This document shows, piece by piece, positions 28,085 through 42,684 of a DNA stretch of 64,000 bases (positions are counted from its first letter, which is position 1; each line of letters starts with the position of its first letter). The stretch spans positions 149,172,001-149,236,000 of the forward strand of contig OX597814.1 in NCBI GenBank assembly GCA_951406725.2, written 5' to 3'. The DNA comes from Octopus vulgaris. Its lineage: Eukaryota. The translations under genes and the position numbers were made by a program. A model generated the notes under the pieces. The model ran no database searches. It was not told the DNA's origin and worked only from the letters and a program-made list of their open reading frames with translations.

Positions 28085-28390
28085 TTTGTGTTCTTGTTTC
28101 CCACATCACCATCACTTGGCAACTGATGTTGGTGTGATTACGTCCCCGTAACTTAGACGTCGGTCTTTAATCAGTTTCCGTCTAACAAATCCACTCACAA
28201 GGCTTTGGTAGACCTGAGGCTACAGTGGAACACACTTGCCCGAGGTGCCACGTGGTTGGGACTGAACCTGGAACCAGGTGGTTGGGAAGCAAACTTCTTA
28301 CCGCACAGCCACGCCTTCGCCTCCACACCCTTAAGGTGGTGCTCCGGCATGGTCACAGTCAGATAATTGAAACAAGTAAAAGAATAAAAA
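28085..28390. mobile_element. Mosaic of SINE family A pieces in both orientations
   Basis: TTACGTCCCCGTAACTTAG (+), head region 28170-28320 (-), GGTGCTCCGGCATGG...GAAACAAGTAAAAGAATAA (+). Confidence 0.75.
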
Positions 28391-28467
28391 AAATACATTG
28401 TGTGTGCGTGTGTGTATGTGCATCAGTGTGTTTATGAATATGCACATAAATGTGATGCTATAGAATT

Positions 28468-28505
<38 letters not shown>

Positions 28506-28586
28506 TATATATACATATACGTGTATATATGGATGTGGTTATAAAATATTTTTACACACAACACGTACATTTTTGTGTGTGTGTTT

Positions 28587-28648
<62 letters not shown>

Positions 28649-29149
28649 GTTTTCTGTTCTATATGTTTTACTTACACTTTCTTTTGCAAATCAGCGACGA
28701 AATAATAGTTCTTTTACGAATGTCTATTTTTAATAATCCAATTTTTTTTTCTTTATTTAATTTCGGTATTTAACCTCACCGTAAAGACAGACAACATTTT
28801 CGGAAATTTCGTTTTCCATGACTGGTGTGAAATGTTACAGAGGTTAAGTACATTATATAGCAGTTGACATAGACATAGAAATAAATGACAAAGATTAATC
28901 AATTTCTTGGTACTTAAATCTGAATAAAAATGAAAGCATTTCAAAAGTATTCGTAAAACGTGATGATAAAATTCATAGCTCATTTCAAATCAGATAGAAA
29001 GCTAGATATTCCTACGGGTTTATCGATGTTTTGTATTTATATCTTTATCAGCTCATTGAATAAATGTTACAGCTAAGTTTCTTTTACTTAGTTCCAACTG
29101 AAATAAAACGTTAATTCTTTTGTAAAATCTTGTACAAAATACGCGTAAG

Positions 29150-29790
29150 TATATCTACAGTCCTTCGTGACAAGGGAAGGTGGAGTTTTGCTGACTCTAT
29201 GGAAAATCTCATATTACTGGTCACAGCTTTGGCCACCAAACTCATCCAGTCTGATAGAAGTGATGGATGCGTTACAAAAAATGTTCACCTGTAAAATATC
29301 TTCGGTTAAAAGGTTTACTTACAGGGAATGTCTGAAAGCATCCATCTCAATTCCTTTAAATGTAGAAGAGAGATATATACTTTTATGTAAGTATGGAAAA
29401 TCCCGGAGGAGCTTGTTCCAAACTTCGTCATTAGAGAGAATTTCAATGCAGTAACTGGTAAATACTATCAGCTTTCTTTTTACCACCTTCGAAATCAGGA
29501 ATAATCTGCTGTACGAGTCTGATATTTAGAGATCCTCAATTATTGAACTGCTCATCTCAAGAAGTCGAAATTATAAAAGGAGCCTCTGCTGATATATTTA
29601 AAACCACCCCCGAAAAATTAAGAAAATAAAAATTTAAAATTACACAGGATAAACTCCTGACGACGATACCTCGCAGCCAACCGTTTAAGGATGCAGTAAG
29701 ATAAGATCGTCTACTACAAACAATCGAAGACCAACTTCCAGTCATAAAGCAACAACAAAACTGAAAGAATAAATGAAGATGGTGTTCCAG
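29150..29790 (+). mobile_element. Old CR1-group LINE 3' remnant
   Basis: YWSQLWPP..EVMDALQKMFTCKISSVKRFTYRECLK..ERYI..WKIPEELVPNF..PQLLN..ADIFKT..DKLLTTIP. Confidence 0.7.
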
Positions 29791-32700
29791 GATGGCTGCA
29801 GTCGTACAGCTGAAAGCACTAAATGAATATAAAAAAATAAAAGAATAACATATACAGGATCCTTCGATATCACTCGGTCACTTGATCTCTGTGTTGAATT
29901 CTTCCAATTGCTGTCTTCACTAAATGCCCTATCACGATTCATCGTCATGCAAAATGAGGAATCTTCATGTTTTTTAGAGAAGTCTCTATATAATGTAGCT
30001 TCGGCTTTCTTTTCTATATAAAATTTTCACTATCTTCTGCACCATACAGAATTTTTACGTTGTCCTGCACTTACATCTGAGCTTTTTAACTTCCTCAAAA
30101 CATGTTTGTAGTGATTATGGCAATTTATGTGAAATATTGGTAACATGCGCTCATCATAAAATGCGATTACTAGACTATCAGTATTTGATTCTTTAGTATA
30201 GTTTATTAGGACGAGATAAAGGGATGTTCATTACCCTTAAGAGTGGCAAAATTAATCAGTTGTGTTATAATTCGAAACAAGTGTATAGAAAATAAATGAT
30301 CAGTATAATCACGAATCATTTACATAGTGCGTCTAAACCCTAATACAATACAATATACATATATGCAAACTGAAACCCCCACCGTAATCCTATTTAGTTC
30401 CGCATCCATTTTTACAAAATATTTTTAATGAGGAAATTATATCCACGTTATGTCGTTCAAAATATTCGGATAAATGGAAGTATCACTTCATATTTTATTT
30501 CAATTAAAGTAATTTGTCTACCTTTATAACTGAGAGTTTCAAGAAACCAGTCAGAGAGTTTCTGCAGAATTCACGTTCAACGGGATTCTGTCTGAAAATC
30601 AGGCGGTATAAAAACATTTGAAACGCTCTTGACCAGAGATCGTCCGGATGAGGGCCAGCCGGCTACTAAACACCAACAAAAACTGATGGGATGTCTCTAA
30701 TAGGAAATCGACACTATAATATATTTATATATTTGTGTCTGTGAGGGAAGTATAGGAAATTTCAAAATTTGCATTAAAAATACATTAAATGTGTGTGCAT
30801 GTATACATATATTTTTCATGTGAATGCGAGCGTTCAAATTTAACGACAAACGTAACAACATAGAAGATAAAAATCTTGATTCTCTTTTGACTCTATATGG
30901 GATTAAAATAGTGGAAGAGTTTCGAAGTTTCGACATTTAACTGTACTTAAAAAGTCAGTTTATAGAAAGAGAATGGGTTGAAGGGAGGATGAAAACGCGA
31001 TGAACGGAAAAAAATATTTTGCCTTGTGTCATGTCAAGCAGAAAATGTCAGAGATCGAATAGCTGCGAATAGCAAAAATAATTTCATGCGTTCAAGATCA
31101 TCGGGGGAGGTAACTTCAAGCAAATTATGCAGGCACATACGTATTCGTATTTAGTATTAGGGTGTGTATGTGAACCTTGCATATATATATACTGAGTTTT
31201 TGCGGCAATGATGTGAAAGATCTGAATAAACAGAAACAGAAACGAGTAAAGCCAGTTTACCAATACACGGTAAGATTCAATATTCTAGTTCGGATCACAT
31301 CTTTTGACGCTAATAAACCTCCACTCCTCGTACTGGTAAGTGAGGCATCCAAATTGTTACTAAGTAGTATGGGGGATTAGCCAATCGTTGACAGTTCCAA
31401 TGTCCTTGTCAAGAGAATCAGTAACGTGTAGCTGCCTTTCCTATGTAACTGTATTCATCGTCTATTCGGCGATGAGTGTACATATAAATTGAATTACTTA
31501 TCTTACAGAGAATATTTTTAATTCACCAGGCTAGCTTTGAAATTAACCAGGTTGCTGTGAAATTAAAAGACACTGTGGAAGTAGGTTCTCCTTTATTCGT
31601 CAATCCTGCCGTTTGCTTGGGCTGCATGCTTTTCTATGCATCGCGTAAAATTTGATAACCATGTCCAGTCTGATTTTATTTCCAAATTTAACTCTATAAA
31701 ATGGCTTTATTTTTGCTAAGAAGAGACTTGGCTTCCTGGTGCCCGCATTCCACATTGTTAGCTTCTTAATTAACTCTGGAATCCGGGTGTGTGTCAATTT
31801 ATTTCCAGATTCCAGACCTTTGACTGCTAGATCCTTGAGCGCCGTGGTCCTAATAAGCGTTACTGTATATTGTTACTGATGTAATTTCTATAGATGCTGC
31901 TCCTTTTGCTCTCCTTTAGTTCCTCTGTGCAAACCATGCTTTGAAGTACCCCCTAAGCACGTATAAAGTTAGCTAATATCTGCTATGCATCACTCTTCTA
32001 TTAAACTCACTACAAGTGATAGTTTCGAAATCGCTTTATAGTGTTTGGACGACGTAAAGATGGATATGTTTACATAAACTCAGCTTGAAAACGTATGATT
32101 AATAGTCACTGCAGTTCTAAGTGCTTTTCCATATTATGCGCCAAAACTGTCAACCTGCCAAGAGTAAACGTTGTTTCCAATCTTTCTTGTATTGTGGTTC
32201 TCGTACTTATTTGTCATTTATAGTGATATACTTTTCGAATTCGTAAGAAGGTACTTGCTCAATTTCCTGTTCATTCCGGCCATAGTTTTAAGTATGATAC
32301 TTACAGTGCTATAGAAGCTACTCTGCTTGAACGATTGGACTTCCATACTCATATCAGCTATTTTTCTTTTGAGCTCTCAAAGACATACTTTTTAACTTAG
32401 AAATGGACAAAGAAGACACTTTCTGTAGTCTTTATTCTTTTTTGTTTGTGTTTCGTTTTTCGTACATTTGGCTAAGATGCAATTGTTTTCGTTACATAAT
32501 TTCATCAAATACTTGTTCTCTGATATCTGGTCTACGGCTGTCGCCTCATTTTACCGTTAGAAAATGACAACAAATCTTTCCAAGTTTTGCTTTAGGACTT
32601 TGTATGAACAGAAGTATTTCGTACGTCAAAATATCTGTGTACTTTTGTGTTTTTCTTATTGTTTGTCTTACCACATTTTTATGGGTTCTCAGAGAAGATA

Positions 32701-33290
32701 TTTAGAAACATCTTTTTCTTTTTTCAATTTGCCGGGTACATATCTAAATTCTGCTGGGCGAAGAATAGCACATCAGCATAAAGAATAGTAGCAATGAATT
32801 CTAACACGCATAAGTTGACATATTTCCAGCGATGGCGCGACTAATTTCATATATCCAAGCAATTAACAGGTACTTATTATTTTCGATCCAAAACAAGAAC
32901 AACAATGTATTTTACAGGGCCAATCTGTTACGCGCATATTAATAATTTTTAGCAAGGATAACATACTTCAACATTTTCAGAAATTAGCAGTGCATTATGC
33001 CGGAGCTAATACCAAATTAGCACTTATGGTATGAACCTCAATTACTACCATAGAGTCGTGATATCAGGAAATATCTTAAAGCCTTTTGTTCGAAGATCTA
33101 CCGATTTTGGAGTCTACTGTAGTGTAAGTAATAATAAAGTTGAATGTTTCTTTCTTTCTAGAAATCTTGAAGGAAGGAGTGGATGTAACATATAGAACTA
33201 TATTTCCAATTTAGTTTCTTTCATTACGCTGGACTAACTTGACCTGAACTTAAGAAATTCAAATTTAAATTTATCACTACAAATGCACAC

Positions 33291-33625
33291 AAGCAGTTAA
33301 CAAAAATGGTTTACATTCTTCGGTCTAGCTGCTATTTCTAGCAGCTACAGCACCCTCATTTCAGACCCACCGGTTTCAACGAAGAAGGGGACGTTGGATG
33401 ATGTAGCCACGGGGGAGATTTATCTACAAAGACAAATGTGGTCCTTGTTTTCAGCACGCAAGAAGTTAACAAAAACGGTTTACATTCTTCGCTCTAGCTG
33501 CTATTTCTAGCAGCTACAGCACACTGATTTCAGACCCACCGGTTTCAACGAAGAAGGGGACGTTGGATGATGTAGCCACGGTGGGAGATTTATCTACAAA
33601 GACAATGTGGACATTGTTTTCAGTG
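33291..33625. repeat. Head-to-tail duplication of a ~168-bp unit
   Basis: 33291-33459 and 33460-33625 near-identical; each holds a TAGCTGCTA-tttc-TAGCAGCTA hairpin. Confidence 0.9.
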
Positions 33626-33971
33626 CTTTTTATAATCGGCTTCCAGAATCACGGCTGACGTGAGCTAAACAACCATGGCAACTATTCGCAATCCTCCAAA
33701 AGAAGCAAACCCTCAGATAACGTTTCATAAAAGGCAAATCTGTATATCAATTATAACATCCAACGAACTTTCAGAAGCTCTTACAGGAACGAATCGTGTA
33801 TTTGACTCCCCGCTCCACCATTAATGACCAGAATGGAACATCAGAGGGATCTAATCAGAAAAATATATTTGGCCAGTACTATTGCCACTATTATCATATT
33901 AAATTGTGATTCGCTTCAGGAATTGTAACCACTTCATATCAGCTAAGTCGATATTAGGAGATAGAATTTGT

Positions 33972-34033
<62 letters not shown>

Positions 34034-34105
34034 CATACATATACATACATATATATACATATATATATATTCATGTTTATATATATATATGTATGTATGC
34101 GTGTG

Positions 34106-34173
<68 letters not shown>

Positions 34174-35074
34174 CATGTATGTATGTAAACACAAGGAATC
34201 GATATTGCATTGCATTTTGAACGGCCAAATTTCAGCACTAGATTTTGCACAGTTTATCCACTTTACATCTTAAGTCTACTTGTATCACAGAGTTGAAACT
34301 TCATAGAGATTATTGAAAAGAAAATCAAAGAAGTGAAACGGCTCGCTAAAATCAAAGTTACTTTGATTGAGAATATTACTTCTTTAGCTAAAAGGCCTTT
34401 AACATGCTTTGATATAAAATTTATCAAAAAGGCCAAATTTAGTGTTTGCTTTTGCAGTTTTTTATTTACTTTTTTTCATTCTGCAATCTTTTTATCAGAG
34501 AATTTTGCATAAATTTTCTTTTGTACCACCAATAGAGTATGTGGATATTAATGTTTATATAAAGTTGAAATATTTACAACGATTAAATATATAAGCACCT
34601 ATTAAGACCCCTATGAGAGAATGAGTTTACCCAATGTAAATGGATATCCGTCGCATTTTAAGATGAGCGTTCTAGCTGTATAGCCGACTAGACTAACTAT
34701 CGCTGAAATGTTGTCTACATGGCTGAATATAGTATAATTACCTGTAAAATAACTAATTCTCAAACAGAATAAGCGGGACACTGTATGTTATGAAGGTAGG
34801 GTTTCAAATTAAATGTTCAAAAATCCGATGGGCTTCCAAGTTTTCTTTGAACTCAGTTTTCGCCAAAAGAGTTGAGTCAGCCCAATAGTATGTTACAGAC
34901 ATTTAAGCGAGATATTGAGCAGTGGATTGAAACCCGAAACCTCGTAATTGTCAAGCCAAGTGAATTACTAAACAACACGCCGTGTCTAGATAACACTAAA
35001 ATCGTGTGGGGTATATATGTATACATTTAAGATATATACTTATTTACATTAAAGAGTCATATATATATACATAT

Positions 35075-35110
<36 letters not shown>

Positions 35111-35114
<4 letters not shown>

Positions 35115-35508
35115 ATGTATTTAGGAATGGTCATTTTGCCAGTTTAGCCAATAAAAACAAACGCACTATATATTTGGTGTTACTTTGCTTCAGCGTCATT
35201 CATTTTTTTTACATTAATCTTAATCTTATTTCGGCCAGAATTCTTTCGTCACACTCCTGTGATCTCATCAGTGGTCTTTTGCTTTCTTCTTTCTTATTTG
35301 TGTGTCTCTCCTTACTAACAGTCAGCCATTTTGTATTTTGTATTCCTATTGTATGTGTCTTCATTTGCGCATGCGTATGCCTCTGTGTGTCTATGTTTAG
35401 TTAGTGTGTGTGGGGGGAGTGCCTGTAATATTTGTATCTCCTGTTTATATGTTCGTGTAATTTGCATTTTTTTGTTTATTTTTATTTTGTTCATGTGTAT
35501 ACACCTAC

Positions 35509-35520
<12 letters not shown>
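35111..35520 (-). mobile_element. PLE-type non-coding 3' segment with a hammerhead motif
   Basis: Ends in (TA)n at 35110; terminus similar to 37195-37255; motif at 35233-35276. Confidence 0.65.
35233..35276 (-). ncRNA. Minimal type I hammerhead ribozyme motif, core intact
   Basis: GACCA-CUGAUGA-G-AUCAC-aggagu-GUGAC-GAAA-GAAU-UC-UGGCC: stem I GACCA/UGGCC (1 mismatch), stem II UCAC/GUGA, UC cleavage site, palindromic AGAAUUCU over stem III. Confidence 0.65.
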
Positions 35521-35575
<55 letters not shown>

Positions 35576-36389
35576 CATTATTATTTTTAATGTATATAGT
35601 TATTTTCTTCCATTTGTTTATTTATTTGTGTATTTTATTATGTTTTTAGTTTTGTTTATATTGTTACCTGTTTATGGGGATCTTCTTCTGTCAAATGTTG
35701 TGGTGTGTGCTAGTGTTTCATTCCAGTTTCCTATTCAGGCTTGGATTATCTTCTATTATGTGTGTAGCTTCCATAATTTGTCTGATTGTTGCGTCTTTTC
35801 TATGTGTGGACAAGATTTTAACTTCTATGTTGTTGATTAAAAAAATAATAATAATAATAATAAGTAGGTGTAAACACATGAACAAAATAAAAATAAGCAA
35901 AAACAATATCTGTTTGAACACACGATTTCACATCAAAAATCTTGCAAAACAAATATATATATGAACCCACACATACATCCCATACACACGGCACGCAATT
36001 ATACATACACGTACACAATTATACATACATATATATAGACACACACGCACGTACAAGCACACACGCACGTACAAGCACACACGCACACATACACTAAGTT
36101 AAGAACAGTTACTCGCCACACACCCAAACTCTACGCATACACACACGAACACACACATATACACACACACACTACAAACAAAACACACACACGATACATA
36201 TACACACATACCTCTTTGTTTTTGACCTGTGCTGGACACAAAAATCACCACTCCTTATTCTTACAGACTGGCCAGCTACTAGCCAGTTGTTCGCCATACA
36301 CACATACACACACACACACACGTGTCATCATTGCACACATACACACACGCGCGCACCCGCAGACCTTCGCGCACGCACACATCCACACA

Positions 36390-36688
36390 CATTCCCTTGT
36401 CCTTACCATACCGTCTTTGAAACTCTCCTGTCTTTAAAAAACATTATTCTTCCACCTTTCAACTTCCGGCCTTTCAATATGTGACCTCGTGAGTACCGCC
36501 AGCGATTTTTTTTTCCTCTGTCTTCCCTTCTCGGGATCTTTCCTTCTCCTATGTTTCCGACGAAGAGCTCCGCTCGAAACGTTAAGCCCTCCTTCTTCCC
36601 TTCTTTCCTGAGCATTCAATAATACTTTACTTGTTCCACGTCCTCGCGTTGCTGTGTTTTTTTGTGTTTTCTTGTTTGGATTAACTAT
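36390..36688 (+). mobile_element. PLE-type 3' end with hammerhead-like motif (36553-36587)
   Basis: GTTT-CCGACGA-A-GAGC-tcc-GCTC-GAAA-CG-TT-AAGC; homologue of 26793-26973; ends GGATTAAC(TA)n. Confidence 0.75.
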
Positions 36689-36689
36689 A

Positions 36690-36736
<47 letters not shown>

Positions 36737-37096
36737 CAAAACAAATTAATAAATAAAACATATGCATATATACATACATATATGTACGTACCTACATCTA
36801 CATGTATATATACATGCATATATGTGTACAGGACACCAAAAAATACGTCGAACACAATGAGAAACGAAAACTTAAACACAAAACCAATGAAATGGACTTC
36901 CTTAGTTTTGTGTTTATGTTTTCGTTTCTCATTGTGTTCGACGTTTATTTTGTGTCCTGTACCCATATATGCATGTATATATACATGTAGATGTAGGTAC
37001 GTACATATATGTATGTATATATGTATTTTTATTTATTTATTAATTTGTTTTTATATGACAGAACGCACGCATCCATTTCTAAGTAAGTTTGTTCTG
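36737..37096. repeat. Fold-back insert: ~150-bp inverted arms plus a ~45-bp tail
   Basis: 36737-36887 vs 36902-37052 reverse complementary with few mismatches. Confidence 0.88.
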
Positions 37097-37101
37097 TATA
37101 T

Positions 37102-37174
<73 letters not shown>

Positions 37175-37377
37175 GATGTGTGTGTATACATATCTATTGA
37201 ATCTTGGGAATGGTCATCTTTCTGCCAATTAAACACACGCACTATTTATTTGATATCCACTTCGTGTGGGGACGCAAATTTGACAAAAATATAAATTAAA
37301 ATAGTGATAATATTAAAGTAAACATCTAATGAATAGTGTGTGAGGTTAATTGGAAAAGGATATTGATGATGATGATG

Positions 37378-37454
<77 letters not shown>

Positions 37455-37479
37455 CATAATAATAATAATAATGATAATA

Positions 37480-37800
37480 ATGGTTTCATTTATTTGCTAC
37501 AAGGACGAAGGTTGGTGGGGACAGTACAAAAACAGATATAAAGTGTTGTTGTTTACATATAATGAAATGATAAAAAAAAATATTAAGTATACACCGTATG
37601 CACAGAAAAAGGTTAACAGAAAATAAAAAGTGCGGGAAGGATGATAGAGATGTGGCCCACCTGGTACAGGAAGGCCTCAAGGGATAATCGAGAAACCTTA
37701 CTGACCTAGATTTCCCTGAAACCATAAGAGCAAGTGTCCTCTCCAATTCCTTCTCTCCGACACAGAGGTCTGCATTGAGAGAGTTACTACCCACTCTTGT
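37480..37800 (-). mobile_element. Probable Tx1/L1-type LINE 3' UTR with (ATT)n tail
   Basis: Minus ends CCTTGTAGCAAATAAATGAAACC(ATT)n; shares CTCGATTATC with the element at 60600. Confidence 0.45.
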
Positions 37801-38522
37801 CATTATTAATAGTAATAATAGTTTCAACTTTTGGCACAATGCCAGAAATTTCGAGGGAGGGTACGTGTCGTTTCAGTTGACTCCAGTGCGCAAATGGAAC
37901 TTATTGTATCACTCCATCTCACACGAATTTGATGAAAAGCAAACTCGACCTCGGCGGAATTTGAAATCCAGATGTAAAGATGGATAACATTTTTGTGTGT
38001 GTGTATTTCTTATATATGTATATATATATATATATATATATGTGTATGTATTGTTCATCTGTGTATGTATATTTTTCTCTCTTTATATCTGAATAGATAT
38101 GAGAAAAACTTTCCTTGTCCAGTGGACAATTTGAACCCAGAGTAACAAATTAAGGAAATACTTGTCAGTCAGACATTTTGTGCGTTGCCTATAACTATGA
38201 CCTCACTCTTAGATATGGGGGAAAGAGCACTGAAAAAAGTCAGTAAATTTTGCCAGCAACACCGTCAACCTTCGACCCCCTTCCTCACATTGACATTCTT
38301 CAATCTCTTGCAGCTGTGACACTAGCAAGATGTCTGCTGCTTGGTTAGAGAACTTTCATTGATGATGCCGCTACTGATGATGGTGATATTTTGGTGATGA
38401 TTATAATAATGGTTTGTTTGTTGGCAAAGAACTGGTTACTTGTACACACACACCTATAGCTATGTTTGTATGTAAGTATGTATACACTTATACATATATG
38501 TATATATATATATATATATTTA

Positions 38523-38580
<58 letters not shown>

Positions 38581-38775
38581 CATATATATAAGTATATGAT
38601 TTATAATATATATGTATATTATAGATAGATAGGTAGAAAGATAGATAGATAGAGACATAATTAGAGAGACAAAGGGTTATATGCTCGCGTATTTATGTAC
38701 ATGTATATATACATACATACACATATATTTATATAAATTTACATGTATACATATATGTATGTGTGTGTATGTATA

Positions 38776-38806
<31 letters not shown>

Positions 38807-38898
38807 TATATATATATATATATATGCATATATATATATATATATATATATACATACACACGCACACAAACATATCTATCTATTTATCTAGCTGTACA

Positions 38899-38958
<60 letters not shown>

Positions 38959-39319
38959 CTCACGCATGAAGCCAAACAATAACTTAATAGGGTTGGATGA
39001 GGTGTAATATGGGAAGGGCAGGAAGAAGCTCATTAGAATCTATGAAATGTCAAATCTCCACAAAGCAATACAAAAATGATGGTTAATGAAGAAGGAAATT
39101 CTATATAATAATACAACTCTTTATTTTTAGTCCAACTCAATACCAAGGGTCAACACTGAATTTCAAATTATACGTCCGCCCCTATTGATTTTTGTTCTTC
39201 TTCACTTTGCAGCTGCTTCGTTACTTTTCATTGTTTGACTTTTTTTTATCATTTTCGGCTTTTTCATTATTATTATTGTTTTTATTGTTGTTGTTGTTGT
39301 TGTTGTTGTTATTGATTTG

Positions 39320-39570
39320 ACCCAGGTTCGTTCTTACTTCTTGTAGAATTTATCTGGATAATGGGTTACTACCTGTAACCTCAGGTTTCCGCAAACTTTC
39401 CATAGACTTTCAATTGAACATCTTTCGTGTCCCTAGAGGCAAACAGTCTGTAGAAGCTCGACGAGACATTCTATTCTGATCTCCGTCAGCCATTTTTCCA
39501 CAGCTTTACACATCGTTCCCAATGCACCAATTATTGCAGGCACAATTTGTACTGTTTTCGTAGACCAATT
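39320..39570 (-). mobile_element. R4/Dong LINE 3' end
   Basis: WSTKTVQIVPAIIGALGTMCKAVEKWLTEIRIECLVELLQTVCL. Confidence 0.8.
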
Positions 39571-39587
39571 GTTGTTGTTGTTGTTGC

Positions 39588-39618
<31 letters not shown>

Positions 39619-39632
39619 GTTGTTGTTGTTAA

Positions 39633-40170
39633 TGGATGAGGGAGCAGTGCATGCAATCAAAGTGACACTGAGATACAAATATACGAAGAACAATGGCGAC
39701 ATGGGGATCACGACTACTCGTCTGATAAAGATACAACATGCATATGCATCACAAACATATATGCGCGACATGGTGATCTCATATCAATATAAATAGCACA
39801 TTTTCTTGCAGGTGAGACCCTGTTAGGATTTTCGTCTGGTCGAGTAGCCCATCCTACTCAAAGGTCCTGTTTAAAGATGTTGAATGGACCAGCCATATTT
39901 CCAGATGTGCTTTATTCAAACCCCAAAGTATTCCTCTCAACACAATGATATGACGCTCCCCCAAAAGTTTCGGTCGTTATCAGAGATGCTCTGGTCGTCA
40001 GCCACAAAGAGACATGCTCAAATATTTACGGTCAAGTAAGTGACCATAAATCTGTGGTATTGAGCAGAATAGTTGTTGTAGCCGGTCTGTGTATAGTAAG
40101 ACAAAACATGTACATGATAACAATTCCAATCAGTTAAGATCAGAAGCCATGAGAGCTAGCGCCTAGCATA
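39633..40170 (-). mobile_element. ~620-bp element, copy 2 (diverged, near full length)
   Basis: Colinear reverse complement of 2310-2850; (ATT/GTT)n on both sides. Confidence 0.85.
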
Positions 40171-40178
40171 TTATTATT

Positions 40179-40217
<39 letters not shown>

Positions 40218-40251
40218 GCTGCTGCTGCTGCTGCTGTTGTTGTTGCTGCTG

Positions 40252-40935
<684 letters not shown>

Positions 40936-42611
40936 TATTATTATTACAGTTTTTTTGTACTACTTTACTTTTGTTGTGTAGCCCTTGTCAGCTCTGAACC
41001 AGCAGTCTCGTGATCAAAGTCATTCATTTCAGCCGTGACCATTTTAACATTTAATCAGATATAAGGTCACCGCTTTCTTTAGATATTTGTCTCTGACTAG
41101 TCATTAATGATATATATGTACCAGATTCTACAGATTACTTCCGAAGGCGGTGTCCCAACATGACCAGAATTCTTGGAATAAAACCAGCAAATTAGAAAAA
41201 CATCGCATCCGTGAATTACAACAATTTTTTTTTTTTGGAGTTTTTTTTTCTGTGTTAATTCTTTAGGGTAAGAGCTTTAGAAAGAATGTGTATTTACCTC
41301 AAAGTTTGGGAATCCATAGAGCATCTTTTCGATTGCATTTATAGACATTGTCATTACTTTAAAATTCGATTAACATCTATTTTGGTTTTTCGTAAGTACC
41401 AAACGTACTGCAGCTGACTGCACGTCATTGTTATGGACTTTGTTTATTCTAATATAGAGAATTAATCATTGTTTTGTTAATATAGGGAAATGAATTACCA
41501 TGTATTGTATGAAGCTAGTGATGCAGGTATTTAATACAGTAGTTTAGTGGTAGTGTAGACCTGTAATATTATATTGGTAAACATGTGTACAACAGTGTTT
41601 GCAGTTGGACCAGTACTTTCATACGTTAACATGGTGTTTGATTACACTTTAAAGTTTGATTGGTTTTAGTTTTTTCCTTTGTATTTTTTTTATTATTTTT
41701 AACTCATTAATTTATTTCACTTTCGATTTCCTTTTGTTGTTGACTACTTTGAGTGTGAATGCGTTTGTCGTATTATTTACCCAAACAGAATTCACAATGA
41801 GAGTTGTAGCTGTGATTGAAGTTTAAATAGAAAATAACAGCAGCAGCAGTTGCAGCAGAATATGTAGTAGTAGTAGTAGTAGTAGTAGTAGAGGTGGTGG
41901 TGCTGGTGGAGACTGTATCCTGAATAATGACGACGTTTATATCAGTAGTTGTTATTTAATTCCAATTCGAAAGTCGACTTGGATCACACAAAGTTCTGAT
42001 CAAAGACACTCCACCGATGACTAATCCAGCTATTATTTGGTCACACATAACTCAATGTACCTTTCATCTTTTTAATTTTAAGACAGTATACTATTATTTA
42101 ACAGTGTTTTGGCAGCTAAATTTTGTAGGTCGAGTGACCTGAAACCACTATCTCGCTGGTTAACCTTACAAGTAGGTTAAGTCGCTTCGTTCACTGTCTT
42201 CTTAAAGCATTAGTCAATTAGTAATTTTAGTGATGATGTGTTTTGGAGTAAGTAACAGGAATCTTGTCTAAAGGTAAAATGCATTGATACGAGCGAGTTA
42301 AAGCTGACTGAACCGATACCAAGAAAACGACTAAATAATAATATGTTTCAAAATTTGACTCAAGGCCGGCAAAATACTTTCTGTTTGTGACACAAAGCCA
42401 AGACTTTAATGGGGTTTGATCGTTACTATTAATTTCAGTTATCGACTGATTTTATTTCAACGACCTCAAAAGGATTAAAAGACAAAGCTGAGCTCACTGC
42501 AATTTGAACTTGGCACATAAAGAAATTATGCAAGCAGTTTGTCCGACGCACTAACGATTCTGTCGAAACTAACCTCTGTAAATGATTTTGTCTAGTTCTC
42601 TGAACAAATCA

Positions 42612-42684
<73 letters not shown>

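Noticed and set aside
29557-29948. Minus-strand ORFs resembling a membrane protein
   Set aside because: Largely antisense to the CR1-group remnant on the plus strand
31600-32400. Coding exon(s) in a GC-richer unique block
   Set aside because: Frequent stops; faint EIEQV..Y resemblance suggests an old LINE remnant, too weak to call
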